NCBI GenBank assembly: GCA_000002435.2
Contig: CM018793.1
DNA: 64,000 bases
Reading direction: 5' to 3' (one strand)
DNA from: Giardia intestinalis
Taxonomy: Eukaryota
Position numbers and translations under genes: made by a program
Shown: positions 39,032 to 50,863 of the stretch, one piece after another
Numbering within the stretch: position 1 is the stretch's first letter
Layout: the number at the start of each line of letters is the position of its first letter
The notes under the pieces: model-generated
The model's database searches: none
What the model was told of the DNA's origin: nothing
The model's input: the letters and a program-made list of their open reading frames with translations, nothing else

Positions 39032-42000
39032 TTCTCTAAGGCAACGACTCATGTAGCTAGGTGCTCTCCGCCCGGCCGGCCGACGGGGTACTATTCTAGC
39101 CTGCAGTGGCTAGGGCACGGAGTCTCGGCCGGCTCAAAGTAAAGGTGAGTACGATTCCACTTGAGCACAGAATCCATAGTGAAAGCCTCAGCAAGCGGCA
39201 CACAGCACACGCCGGGATACCATGGTGGTCTGGCTTTCAGGCTCGCTGCCTCAACTGGTGGGTTGCGGTTTTAGGAGATCGCCAACATTAGCGCAGAGGT
39301 TCTGTAGCGCGACTTTACACCGATTAGTATATAAGCGTGAAGAGCCATATGTTACCTCACGTCGTGGAGTAACTAAGCGGGCAGTTCGAGAGCAATACAC
39401 CGTGACTTGGGATGCATTGCGGCTTTTCTACGCCTCATATCACAATGCCCAGAGCACATAGGTGTCGATGCTTTGCTTACAGACACAAGGGGTCTGTTGC
39501 AGAATTCATCAGCATATCTGGCTTCATCTTCCGTAACTTTGTTCTGTCCTGAAAAGAGAGCAATCCTAGGGACTTGAGATCATTGCAGCGTGGCCACTTC
39601 CATGCAAACATACTTCCAGAAGCGCTGCTCCTTAACGAGTAGTCGCAATTTGCGATGTGATGGGTGGCCGTGGCGCAGACAGGCTCTGCTACCGCCGCGC
39701 CATAGAGCAGGTTGGAATGATCGGCATTACCGGCGATTTCTAGTAGCCTTCTCGCCGCATGCAGAGGCGCCGACCTGTGGACTGGGCACCTATTAAGGTT
39801 AATAAGATTAAAACGTGGCCTCTCAGGGATGCGGAGAAAGGACAGAAGGGGAAAAGGCGAACAACTGAGGCGCCGGGAGTCGAACCCGGGTCGTGACTCA
39901 ACAACCGGAAACCGGCCAAATATGTCAAGTGTCAGTATGCTCCCGCTGCACCACGCCCCACAGCGAGCGGCCGATGATAATGAAGGCTAGTTCTTTATTA
40001 TAAAAGGTTTACTCTCTCTGTTTCATTGGGGTGAGGTTGTCACCTGCTGTCTGAGTGTGATCTTCCCGTGCAAGCCACCACCACCTTAGGCAAGCAGGCC
40101 TTTGCTTGCTTCCAGCCAAGACCTGAACCCAGAGTTCAGAAATCAGACGTCGTCCAGTTCCGGCGGGAGAAGAAGCCCAAACAGAAAGCTGACGGCCCCG
40201 ATGTCCAGTCCCCAGTAAGCAATAAATCCGCGACTGCTCCCATGAGGCGCCACTGAGGAAGGTCCCTAGGACCCTGGAGCGAAACGCCAAGAAAGCGCCC
40301 AGCAACGTGAACGAAGAGGCCAGGAGACGAGAGTAAGGGAACTCCCACATTCTCTTCCCCCCACCGAACCTCCCTGTGTCAAAGAACGATTGCGTGGTGG
40401 CAAGGCTCTCAATGACCGTTTCTCCAGGAGACCACCTGGCCCCGACAGGGTCAATCACTGACTATACGAACTGGCTCACGAATGTCGGAGTTCACTTACG
40501 GGCCTGTACCCTTGAGGACCTCCTACATCATCCACAGCACGAGGAGCCACTCGGCCACTTCTGCGTCTCCTATCACGCCTCCTTCGACTCTCGAAGGGCC
40601 TCGAGCAACACGTTTGGGAAACCCTCTCCGTCTGAGCTCCTTCTGCAGCCTTGCGACAGACAGACGGTGCCAGCCCACGCACCAGGTCTCGGCGCCCGAG
40701 CGCGGTGTCCCGCGTGGGCCCTCACCATTGCCTGCCATGATGCCCCGGACAGAAAGCATCGGACCGGAGCGCTTCCCAGACTCCTCGGAGGCGCTCAGGG
40801 ACGACCCCAACTATCTGCCAGGACAGGCCAAGTCTGTGCGGTTGAGAGACCAGCAACACCAGAGCGCCCTTGAGTTGTTCGCGGCCCGGTGGAGCCAGGC
40901 CAGCCCTAGCCTCAAACAGGGGTCCCAGTCGCTGGCTATCCCCAGAGGGTCGTGGAACCTGCAGAACTCTACAAGGGAGACGTCGCCCCGGACACGCACC
41001 AGTGCACCGTGAACCCCACCCCTCAAGAGGGATAGATCAGGTATCACAGCGAGAACGAGGACCTTAGGAACCTGACGGAGAGGAGCACTCTGCGCTGGAG
41101 CGGCACCGGGCGAACGCCAAAGTAGTAGGAGCGGAAGAGCACGTGCCTGTCCTGCGCGAAGACCCTCCGCGGCGAGGCCGTCCAGACGCACTACAGCACA
41201 GACACCGGATGTAGGGTGCTACTGAGTGGGGCAACGGGGATAGAGAAGGACGTCCTCTTCAGCACCCGTCGTGCGAACGTGCTCAGGGGAGGGTACCTAC
41301 CACCCCGCAGAGCTCCAGTCGAGAGCCGAGGAGACGCGCCTCGCTCACACAGCGGGGAAGCGGAGGAGCGGCATTCACCATCCTACTGCCCGGCCTGCAG
41401 CCTCTGCCTCGCCTCGAGGGGGAGCTGCACCCTGACAGCGCCACCGACGACCAGCACCTTGCTATCCAGAGGGCCGGATCAGGACGGCCTGGCCCCTGAG
41501 AGACAAGAGCCCCCTCAGCCATCGGAGAGCACGGACGGCCAGTCCGCGGGGCTCGAAGTCCCCGGGCCTGCGCTGGCGAGTCCATCCGGGTGCAGGCGTT
41601 CCGGGGCCCCTAAACAGGCCTTCAACGAGATCCTCAGTGCGATCCATAGGATGGGATGCGTGCTCCGTACGGTTCCGCCTGGCCCTTCCCCAAGAATGGG
41701 ACAGGACAACCACGATCAGCAGACGATCATGATTCGCTTCACAAGGTAGTCCCGAGCCGCTTGGAGACCCAGACCCTGGCCTTCCTCGAGACCTAGCAGA
41801 CTGCGTTCCACTGGATGTACATGGGCGGCGTTCGCACGGTGCAGGGAGACGCAGACTGATGGGCACAGCGGTCTTGCTCGACATAACGAGAGCCCCAACA
41901 GCAGACGGCCTCGCCCAGGCAAGTGTACCCCTCATCCCGAGGAGCTGCGTCGAGGCCTTCCTTCGGCCGCGACACACGAGGTATCTGGACTCGGTCCCTC

Positions 42001-45000
42001 AGGGCCCTGCGCATGCTTCTGTGCGGCGTGGTACAGAACCTGCTCACCAGGAACTGAAGGAGATGCCCCACTCAGTGTCTATATTGACGACAGTGACGCG
42101 ATGGGGACAGTCACAGAGGCGACAGGCCTGGCGAAGCAACATGGCTTGACGGTCAGCACTGGGTGTAGGAGCACTGAGGGGCAGGAGGCCTCCTTCCTGG
42201 CCGGTCTCAAGGATCCCCCAAGACAACCGAGGGCCGAAGCCAGTGATGGCACCAATCACTCGCCAAGCTGGCCAGGATGGACCCACACGTGACCCATGTG
42301 AATCCCTCGACAGGCAAGTCGGGATCCTTGGAGTGTCTGGCTGACAGAAGTGGACTGATCCTGCCCGCACCGAAGAGTGGTGACCTGGGCCACCTGCCGG
42401 GCATCTGCCACAGCAGCTGGCAGTGCCTGACACCCTCGAGTAGACGGGCGCCGGTTGTAGAGAGAGACGGCCTAACGGCGAACCGGTCCCGATCGCTCGT
42501 GATGCTTTGGATGACGCCTCGACAGACCGAAGCATCACCCCAAGCACACCATGTGATGCGAGGATGGATGGAGCCCACACATCACTGAGCTAGACGCACT
42601 GCACAGGGTGAGCGTCGACATGATCTCGTGCTGAGTGACGGACCACCTGCAAGAGCGCACTGCGATCCATGAGCAGAGGGCCGAGCCTCTTCCCCGACAC
42701 AACACATGGGAGTGCTCCATCGACATCCACAAACGCGTACTATGACTCCAAGATAGAGGCGCACGGGGAGCGCACCCTCTGATCATACTCGGGACCGATG
42801 ATACAATCCGTGAGAAGACGAAGAAGCACCTCGAAGAACTAGAGGTTGATATCCCGAAGTTCATGGCATGCGATCTTCATCATAGAGAACCAAGACCTTG
42901 GAGTACATGACCAGGGTCAGCTGCTCCCTCAAGGCCAAGCTTGCCGTCGCGACTGACGCAGGACCCTGAGATAGTGTGTGCTCACTGGTGCCAAACGGTA
43001 GTGACCCCGACGAGCCAAAGGATGGGATGAATCCTCAGAAGACACCGCGAGAAGCAGCAGAGACTCCCGAGCGGCAGAACAAAACTTCTTCTCCTCCTGC
43101 CGAGATCGAAGACATCCGATCTCAGACTTCAGATTTCAATTTCTGGATTCTGGATTGTGGATTGTGGATCTCAGCCATGCAAGGGTGGGAGATACCCGCT
43201 TGCCCAGGGTGGCGGTGGCTTGCGTGGAAAGATCACAGACCCTATTTCTTTATTATGGTTTTTAGTGGCTGCTCGCTCGGTCTTCCTCAACAGCAGATCC
43301 ATAAGGATCACAATGGCTTGAACACAAAGCAAATCCTATACCGCGAATGCAGGGGGCCCTTCATAATGAGTGCAGACTAGGGGCCTAGAGCCAAACGATA
43401 GAAGACAGTAGCTGACCGAGATAGTGACTCCTGTACGCATGAAAGCCCGATCTCCTTGTTATCCGTGTACGACTAATGCATCAAGTAGCCTCCAAACCCC
43501 TAGCCATTAGATTGGCTTATTTCGACTCAACATACGACGCTTTGGCGTTCCCCTTCGTTTCTGGTGCGTTGTGTCACCAAACACAGATACTTTCAAGGGC
43601 TTCTCTGGAGACTACATGTGGCCTTTATATCTATGGGGCCTGTTACGGCAAGCTTAAGAGATACTACGCAGAGTATCGCTTCCGTTGACAACCACCACAA
43701 TATGTAGTTGGTACTCAGCTCTAGTACGCACCGTCATCGAGAGGTACGAATTACTATAGTTTCAAGCAGAAACTTTGAGGCATCTTGCAGGCCTAGAAAG
43801 CTGCCATGATGTATCCAAAAAGATAGGCCGTCCAGGTAATGGGAAGAGACGCAAAGAGATAGAGGTAGACCAGAATGCGATAGAATCAGAGGATCTACCG
43901 GTTGGTGTCAGATTGCGTATGGCTGAAAACTATCTGACCCTCACAAGGTATCTTTCTCCAAATACAGGGTTGCATAAATCATCAGTCAGCTGCCCCCTGC
44001 ATAACAGGTATTAAGTTGCCTTCCGCAAAGTCAGGCCGTTAAAATTAGCAACGTATCTCCCTACTTGTATCTGTTTACAAGTAATTACCTTACGCCACGC
44101 ATGGCTGCTTACACAAATCTATTTGTGGAGCAGTATTTAGCACATTATCTTTTCATTAGGCGGGCTACATTGAAGAAACTGTCCTATTCATCCTAATGAG
44201 TTAAGCTAATCGTAATTGACCATAGGAGTGGCACCCTCCCACAGGCCCATGCTTCGTCTTGCATATTTTTTACTGGAGAAGTTCGTTTGCTGTTTGTACG
44301 ATCCCGGTCTTTATAGCCCTTGCAGCCAAACTCAATTGGATCCATGTCTGATTCTCTGCCCAGGTCTCCTCCCGTCCTCTCTACCCGATCTGCTACTGCA
44401 GTAACGCCTAAGAGACGGTGCTTAGTTCGTATGTTTGTCCAGGCCTTCTGACCACAGAAGTATACGGCGGTTGGAATATCGTTGTGCCAGTCTACAGTTC
44501 CACGAATGCCCGGCCCATAGCAGACTCATTGCGCCTGCTAGCACTGATAAGCGTTATGCACAGAAACTAAGCAGGGTCTGGGTGTAGTGTACGGTGAACA
44601 CTGTGCCAATTAGCCAGAAACAGGAAGCTTTCTCCCGTGCATCAAAGTGCAAAGACGACGCTCAAAAGATGCCATACTGCGTATTGCGAAGTGGGTCAAC
44701 ATGCGTTCCCGTGTTAGGGAAGTTGAATCAGTTGCTGGCCTAAGCCGAGTGTCCTGGTGAGAGCCGCATAGCTACCTACTGTGGAGTCATATGACTCTCT
44801 GTCCTGGCGAAGCAATTTGACTAGGCCTGAGGGTAGCAGAAGCCGTGGCTGAACGGGCTGCGGCACTTCCAGAAGTGCGTTCCTTGATGTTAGCTGCAGC
44901 GTAGCGTTCTAGATGACTATCGATGACACAATTATTACAGCTATTAACCGATATTCCGGCGCGCTCATTGTAATGCCTGTTTGACCATTGGTTGTAGGGT

Positions 45001-48000
45001 AGTCGAGCAGTTAGAGATCCTCTGAGTCATGTAACGGTTCGTGCTTGTCTAATGCAAGTTTGAATCAAGGATGCTCCCAGAATGCTCTAAATGATCTGAG
45101 ACCACAGAAGTTCCAGGGGAGCCCACTCTGCTGAGGATGCGCGCCCATCTAGCCCAGGGTGGAGAATGGACCGGCAATAACCCATCTGGCTGTCTACTGG
45201 TCGTGTACTGTTGGGTCACAAAAGATCATGTGGGAACTTTTAGCCGCAATGGCCAGAATATTGGCTCATCTACTGATCCAGACAGATAACGAAGGCCATG
45301 CACCTTCGGAATAATTAAAGCACATCTTCGAGCGGCCCAATGGCTCGCTGCTGTGATCCATGGCCCCAGACGTGGGAAGTGACACGCAACAGTGCAGAGT
45401 AACATAGCAGAATAGAAAGGACACGTCACTCCTGGGGCTGCACTAGCAATAGCATATATTACTAGGGTCAGTTAGCATTCTCACAGTCTCTGCTGCTATG
45501 CTATAGTATTGCTTTAAGGACGTAATCAAGGCTCAAGCGTAATGATTAATGTAGTCCGTCGTAGCGGTAAGAACAACGGGCCCTTGCTTAAGATCTTGCG
45601 TCCCTCAGCTTGTTCTTCCCTAGCATAGCACAGGCCACAGAGGATCCGATCCAGCTCCTCAGCAATAGCCATGGTGAGCTGCTGGCTTCTTCGAGGCCCC
45701 TTCCAACTCTGGCATATGCAACGCAGGCGCCAACAGGTGGCTCTGCCCAGGAAAATAGGCCGGGCGGAGTGTCTATGCACATTGGAGTGCGCGATTTTTT
45801 CCTAGACGCTCATTTTTCTGAATCGAAAGCAAGTCTTGTTACTGGCCAGACAATGACCTACCAAGATGGAAGCCCTGTTGCCACAATGATTAGACACAAA
45901 TTTTCCAATGAACCACACTGTGTATTGCGCGCAATGTGGTACCCTGAAAACCAATCTTCTTACGTAGTGACTATATTTAGCATGCCATAGCCTGGACAGA
46001 AGTTCCTAAAATTAAGCCGTACTATGCTGCAGATCAGTTTTGATACACGCTGATAGATGTTCTAGAGAGTCTGCCCAAGGCATCCTTCTATTAACAGACA
46101 ACACTATGGTTTGTGGATCCTTCCTTCGCCTCTTTCAGTCTAAGCATAACCTTAGTACAAAATCCCAGAGCTCTTTGCTCGATCGCTTGAGATGTCTCGA
46201 AGTGCCTAGACTTAAGAGAAGCATCTGCCAGCCCTGACGAGTATGGTTGTGCCCTTATTAGAATCGTCCGAAGTGCTCTTCTGTGGTCCCAAAAATGCGT
46301 TAGCATAAAGCAGCGTTCTCTTAACAGGTATCCAGTATGTGCCCACCCGACTATATTACGTGCACGCTAGTTTCGCAAATGGCTCCCTCTTATCTTTAAT
46401 ACCCGGCAGAGTATCCTCAACGATCTTTTCTAGGCCCTTGTAGTACGCATGCATATCCTTCTGATGTTGATGCGCACATGTCAGACCCAGGCCCCAAGAG
46501 ACCTGACGGCAGGCCGAGATTTGCTGCAGCGCGCCATCTTGTAGTCCCCGCTAGTCGTCGCTGGTGACATGCTGAACATACGCTGGAAGGCTGTGCAATG
46601 TAGCTTCTAACGCTGTTGCGGCCCAGCCTTTTCGGTGATTTCTCTGCGAGGGCCACTCCTCCTCTCGGTCTTCCGTGACCGAGATCGAGATCGAGAGTCA
46701 CTACCTATAGTGCCACGGAATTCAAGACGCGGATATCTCGACGGACAGTCTACTCTTCTAGTACCCGATCCATCTCCTTTCAAGGCGGATCTTTATCGAT
46801 GCAGAAGGTAGAAGGCTAGCTCTACTGATGCTTACATGCGGCCTTGCTGGACTGGCCGGTCCTACCGAGCAAGCGGACTCTGTGCAGAGACCCTTGCATA
46901 ACAGAGCATGCAGCGCAGAGAGGTGGGCAGGGACTCCAGTCCGGATCAGAAAAGTGGTTGGACGGGCACCACCGTGCCATCAGCAAGTGTAGACCCTTGG
47001 ATAGGGTGCTTCTTCTATACTCGCGGTCATAGTATTCCCTGCTTGAATGGCTGGGTTATCACCGTCGTCAGGCAAGTCGAGTACATCCAGTGTGACCGTG
47101 TATCTGAGCATGTATGCTTTCTCTTTGCTATTGTCCTTTGGACATACTTGGGCGGTCGCTAAGCTTTTGTCGAAGGCTAGAAGCCGCGGACGCGATCTAT
47201 TGTAAACGGTCTATCTGCGCGTCCCCGAACAAAAGCCAGATCACAGGGGCCAATAGGTGTGAACAGAGATCAAAGCTCTAGAGCCAAGTTCCTCTATGAG
47301 AGAATAGAAGCGGGCCTGCGCTCTTCACTCGGTCGAAGTAAATGGTGTCAGAATTTCTATCGGCAATATCATAGCCAGTAGCAGCCTCTTTTGTGTGGTT
47401 TTTGTCACGTGCCGAAGAATGCACAGGGACAGTGAACGGGCACCGTGGCAGTGCCCGTTGCTTCACAGAGATACCGAAGGGCACAGCAGCTAGTATCTCA
47501 AGCCAGGCTCTCAGAATGTGCAGAGATCCAGATGTCTCATCACTATATTCTTCTCTTTGGGGAGGTTCGGCACTTGCGGCAGAGCTACCCTGCTAGTTGC
47601 AGTATGGAGGCGATGCTCTCAATTATCGTGCTGCGTATGGCAAGGACCCCCGAGATGCTCTCAGAACCTAAAAGGTTCTCTTCTGTGCTTATAGGGAGCC
47701 AGCAGGCCTGAGTAGTGCCGCTTGCGATGTTCCTTATAGCCCCAACTGCTCTCTCCGTCGTGCGAGATAGGCAAACCGGCAGAGGAGCCTCTTCTTTTGA
47801 AATCTAGAACCATCGGGCAGCCTGTACTTGGTCATCGAAAGAGTACGGGGAATCTGATGCTGCACCGAGAACTCTTAAGCAACTGCACAGAGCCTGTCTC
47901 TGTTGCGAGTCTCCGGTAGCTGTGACCAGCATCGAGGTACTCAGCACACTCAATGGCTAGGCGAACACACCGCTTGGCCCGAAGCATCTGCACGATCGCG

Positions 48001-48372
48001 CCTCTGCCATCCAGATCCCAGGCTCTTCCTACAAAGCTCGAGAGCAGGCTTTAGATAGCATGCTCCTATCGCTAGTCCGGGATGTCATCTGCCCACAACA
48101 TACGAGGCTCGTCTCCTTCGAGTCCCCCGCTCTTGCAGCTGGCCTGGACAGACTAGAGGTCACCAGGGCAGCTCGCCGAGCCTGCTGTAACGCATAGCGC
48201 TAGAGGCAGGATGCTCTCCGTGCGTCGCCCGTCCGGCAACGGAGGCCGTCTTCGGCCTGCCTCGTCTTCTACGCGCCGGCGGACACTCAGCGGCGACGCG
48301 GGCCACCAGGGCGCTACGGCAAGGGCGTCCCCCCGCAGCAAGGGCCAGCAGGCAGAGGCCCGCGTCGTGAGG
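39032..48372. repeat. right arm of the inverted repeat (reverse complement of 26256-35595)
   Basis: See left arm. The one difference found is an extra T in ggcattcacc near 41376, where the left arm reads ggtgatgcc near 33251. Confidence 0.9.
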
Positions 48373-48567
48373 CGTATTCAGGAGAAGAGATCATCCTATG
48401 GCGGGACATGTGACTATATCATTTTCACGTGACAATGTCATCTTTTTTGTACCACCAAGGTTGCAGATCCATTAGTGCGTCTACTTTTTCTTTGTTAAGG
48501 CAAAACCTCATTGGCTCTTGAATTCCTTAGCGAATTTCCTTTTCACTTTGTATATTATTAACGCACA

Positions 48568-50367
48568 ATGACTATAGACTTTAGAACCATTAGGCTCCAG
48601 GAGGATAGAACCCGAGGCTTGCATATCAATGAGCGGTGTACATCTGCACTAGGATCTACTGTGACAGATGCTATCGAGGACCTTGAAGGCACAGAAATAA
48701 TACTTAAAAGCAGATACTTGCAAACACCACAAATGTCAACTACACATCGCACTGTCTTTCTTTCGTTGTTACTTAAGCTGCGGGAGGGCATTCGGTATAT
48801 CTTCAACATGTTTTCGTCATTTAAAAAGGAAACGTACCTAATTGGCATTCTTTTGCATACTCATGACGACGGTTTTATGATACTGCAAATTAACACGCAC
48901 GGAATTCTGGACATTCTTCTAGACGAACCCACAGAGCCCTCCACTTCTACAAAATACCTGGCCAAGTTAAAGAAGGCCCTCCTTCAGATTGAGAGCTTTC
49001 CGATGGTCAAGCTAACTATGATGGCTTCTCATACAAATAACATTTCAGTGCTTTTTCTCGGAGCGCTCTTGGGTCTTGAGGGTTTATACTATGATCAAGA
49101 AAATTTCTGTGTAACATCTATTGTTCAATACTACAATGATGCTGCTACCGTTCAGCAGAACCAGGCCAGTTCCCAAGACACCGGTACCTTAGGAGTTACC
49201 TTAAAAGGGATGAGCATGCAACAAACCATAACAGTATCTAAGAGTTTTCGCCTTCTGGTGCTCAGAGGGCCATTTATAAAACCTTATTACTCCATTAAAA
49301 TGGCGGTAGATGTAATACATAAATTGGTAGAGAAGTTCGAGGCGTCCGTTGTTCTCCTGACGGGTCCACTTTTGTTAGAGTACCCTTCCGACCCTACGGA
49401 CTATAACAGTAAGGAGCCCCATAGCCTAGCCCAACAGTACCTTTTGACCTTTCTTCTGGCCTTGCACATCTCCATGCTTGAAAACAGGTGTCATGCTATT
49501 TTGATTACAGATTGTAACTGCCTACTTGCCCCAGATTCATATTACCCTACTCTACCTCATAGTACAATGCTACCAGATACTACTTCACTTTACAAGACAA
49601 TATCGTTTGGCGGTGATCCCCTTTGCTTTTCTATTTGCGGCGTCAATCTTGCGTACTTCAGCAGTGCATTACTTGGATTTCAGTTTATTGAAAGTAGCTA
49701 TCTAAGTCGTCACAAAGAAGCCTTGCCGTCATCTCCACAACCTTCTCATAGTAAGCCTAGTGCGTCAAGTCCTCGTTCGCCTGAATGCCCGTTTGTATCC
49801 TCCTTACCAACTACCTCTCAGTCCAGTCCTTTTAAAAGAGTTACAGTCCCAGATTCGCCATCCCGCAATCTATCTAACGGCCCTCCCATTCTATCTAAAG
49901 TACCCCCTACACCGACACGCTCAGATGAGACCACCGATACACCCCGAACTATACTTCCAAATGAGAACCTCTTGGGTCTATGTGACAGTCTTATTGAAGG
50001 CAGAATACTTGCTCAATCCACTGACGCTGGTATCCTCGTAGGATTGGAACAAAAACGCCTTTTATACTATATCAACGCATCACTTGAGCTTCAAACATCA
50101 ATACCAGAGTTTCCTTCTTCGCGACCTTTGCTTCATTCTAGAACACCAAATGCGTGGTTGAACCCGGAGACAGACATAGTCATAACCACTCTACCAGCAT
50201 TCTCAGCACCCTTATTAGTGACGATATATGGAAAGCCCCGCATAATTGTTCCCCTATTGGAGAAGGATGGACAAGGAGCAGTCATTACGTTACGACAAGG
50301 AAATGGTACTATCGATAATTTGGCACACTGTGAAACCTACAGCTTTGCCATTAACTTTGCAGAATGA
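48568..50367 (+). CDS. DNA polymerase alpha-primase B-subunit-like protein (POLA2/POLD2/POLE2 family), tentative
   Basis: 599 aa. C-terminal pattern SVVLLTGPLL ... AILITDCNCLLAPDSYYPTLPHS ... DPLCFSICGVNLAYFSSALL parallels the POLA2 motifs VASGPY / LVLVPSxRDV..YPQPPF / NPCTLRINGVVIGVTSTDLL from memory. AT-rich tatattattaacgcacaATG upstream. Confidence 0.4.
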   Translation: MTIDFRTIRLQEDRTRGLHINERCTSALGSTVTDAIEDLEGTEIILKSRYLQTPQMSTTHRTVFLSLLLKLREGIRYIFNMFSSFKKETYLIGILLHTHDDGFMILQINTHGILDILLDEPTEPSTSTKYLAKLKKALLQIESFPMVKLTMMASHTNNISVLFLGALLGLEGLYYDQENFCVTSIVQYYNDAATVQQNQASSQDTGTLGVTLKGMSMQQTITVSKSFRLLVLRGPFIKPYYSIKMAVDVIHKLVEKFEASVVLLTGPLLLEYPSDPTDYNSKEPHSLAQQYLLTFLLALHISMLENRCHAILITDCNCLLAPDSYYPTLPHSTMLPDTTSLYKTISFGGDPLCFSICGVNLAYFSSALLGFQFIESSYLSRHKEALPSSPQPSHSKPSASSPRSPECPFVSSLPTTSQSSPFKRVTVPDSPSRNLSNGPPILSKVPPTPTRSDETTDTPRTILPNENLLGLCDSLIEGRILAQSTDAGILVGLEQKRLLYYINASLELQTSIPEFPSSRPLLHSRTPNAWLNPETDIVITTLPAFSAPLLVTIYGKPRIIVPLLEKDGQGAVITLRQGNGTIDNLAHCETYSFAINFAE

Positions 50368-50416
50368 CGTAGTCTAGTTGAAATGTATTCTATATAATTA
50401 ACATTGGAAATTATAA

Positions 50417-50863
50417 ATGACCGAGACAGCAGGTTCACGCGTCAGCACAAGACCACGGGGAAAGCGAGTTCGTCACCCACCTGGGTATAGATCCTCTACG
50501 ATTATCTCTTCTGAACTCGATACAGCGCCGCTTCAATCGCGCCCCTGGCTTGCAAGAATGGAGTATCTATACAAGCTGTCCCACCTGCTTCCGTTTCATT
50601 CACAGCACTATCTCAAGCGCATGCTAGGAATCGCGGCAATGACAACTCTTCGTTTAGACCCTTCAATTAAGGGTACTATATGTAAGAGATGTAAATACCT
50701 TCTGATCCCGCACCAGACTGCAACACTTAGCGTCTATCGCCGTGCCCCACAACTACAGTGTCTAAATTGCGGAGCGATGCGTATCCTTGCCCAAACTAAA
50801 AAATCTAAAGCTCTTCATGAAGCACATAGGTCTCCACAAAAATCTGGGACACAAGGCTTATGA
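50417..50863 (+). CDS. RNase P/MRP protein subunit Rpr2/RPP21-like (zinc ribbon)
   Basis: RMEYLYKLSHLL...LDPSIKGTICKRCKYLLIPHQTATLSV...CLNCGAMR fits the Rpr2 pattern (LDP..K...CK.C..L.PG.t..v ... C..C). Two CxxC pairs. AT-rich ttataaATG upstream. Confidence 0.6.
   Translation: MTETAGSRVSTRPRGKRVRHPPGYRSSTIISSELDTAPLQSRPWLARMEYLYKLSHLLPFHSQHYLKRMLGIAAMTTLRLDPSIKGTICKRCKYLLIPHQTATLSVYRRAPQLQCLNCGAMRILAQTKKSKALHEAHRSPQKSGTQGL

Noticed and set aside
26256-48372. Palindromic extrachromosomal-rDNA-like unit (Tetrahymena/Dictyostelium style) or rRNA genes in the GC-rich arms
   Set aside because: Searched both strands by eye for universal SSU/LSU motifs (GTGCCAGCAGCCGCGGTAA, GTCGTAACAAGG, GTCTTGAAACAC, sarcin-ricin AGTACGAGAGGA) and found none. 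Only about 58% GC.
26256-48372. LTR retrotransposon or DNA transposon with giant TIRs
   Set aside because: The repeats are inverted, not direct. There is no RT/integrase/transposase ORF, the spacer encodes a host-type kinase-ankyrin gene, and no target-site duplication is found at the outer junctions. A degenerate element is not excluded and is kept as an open possibility in the findings.
26171-48407. Shared atcctatg 8-mer near both outer junctions as a possible target-site duplication
   Set aside because: The two copies sit at unequal distances (about 83 versus about 21 nt) from the junctions, and an 8-mer match is expected by chance.
26211-48432. About 120 ORFs of 60-180 aa listed in the track across both arms
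   Set aside because: They occur in all six frames, overlap one another, are low-complexity (R/P/A/G-rich) and are exact mirror duplicates. This is typical of high-GC non-coding sequence, so they are not called as genes.
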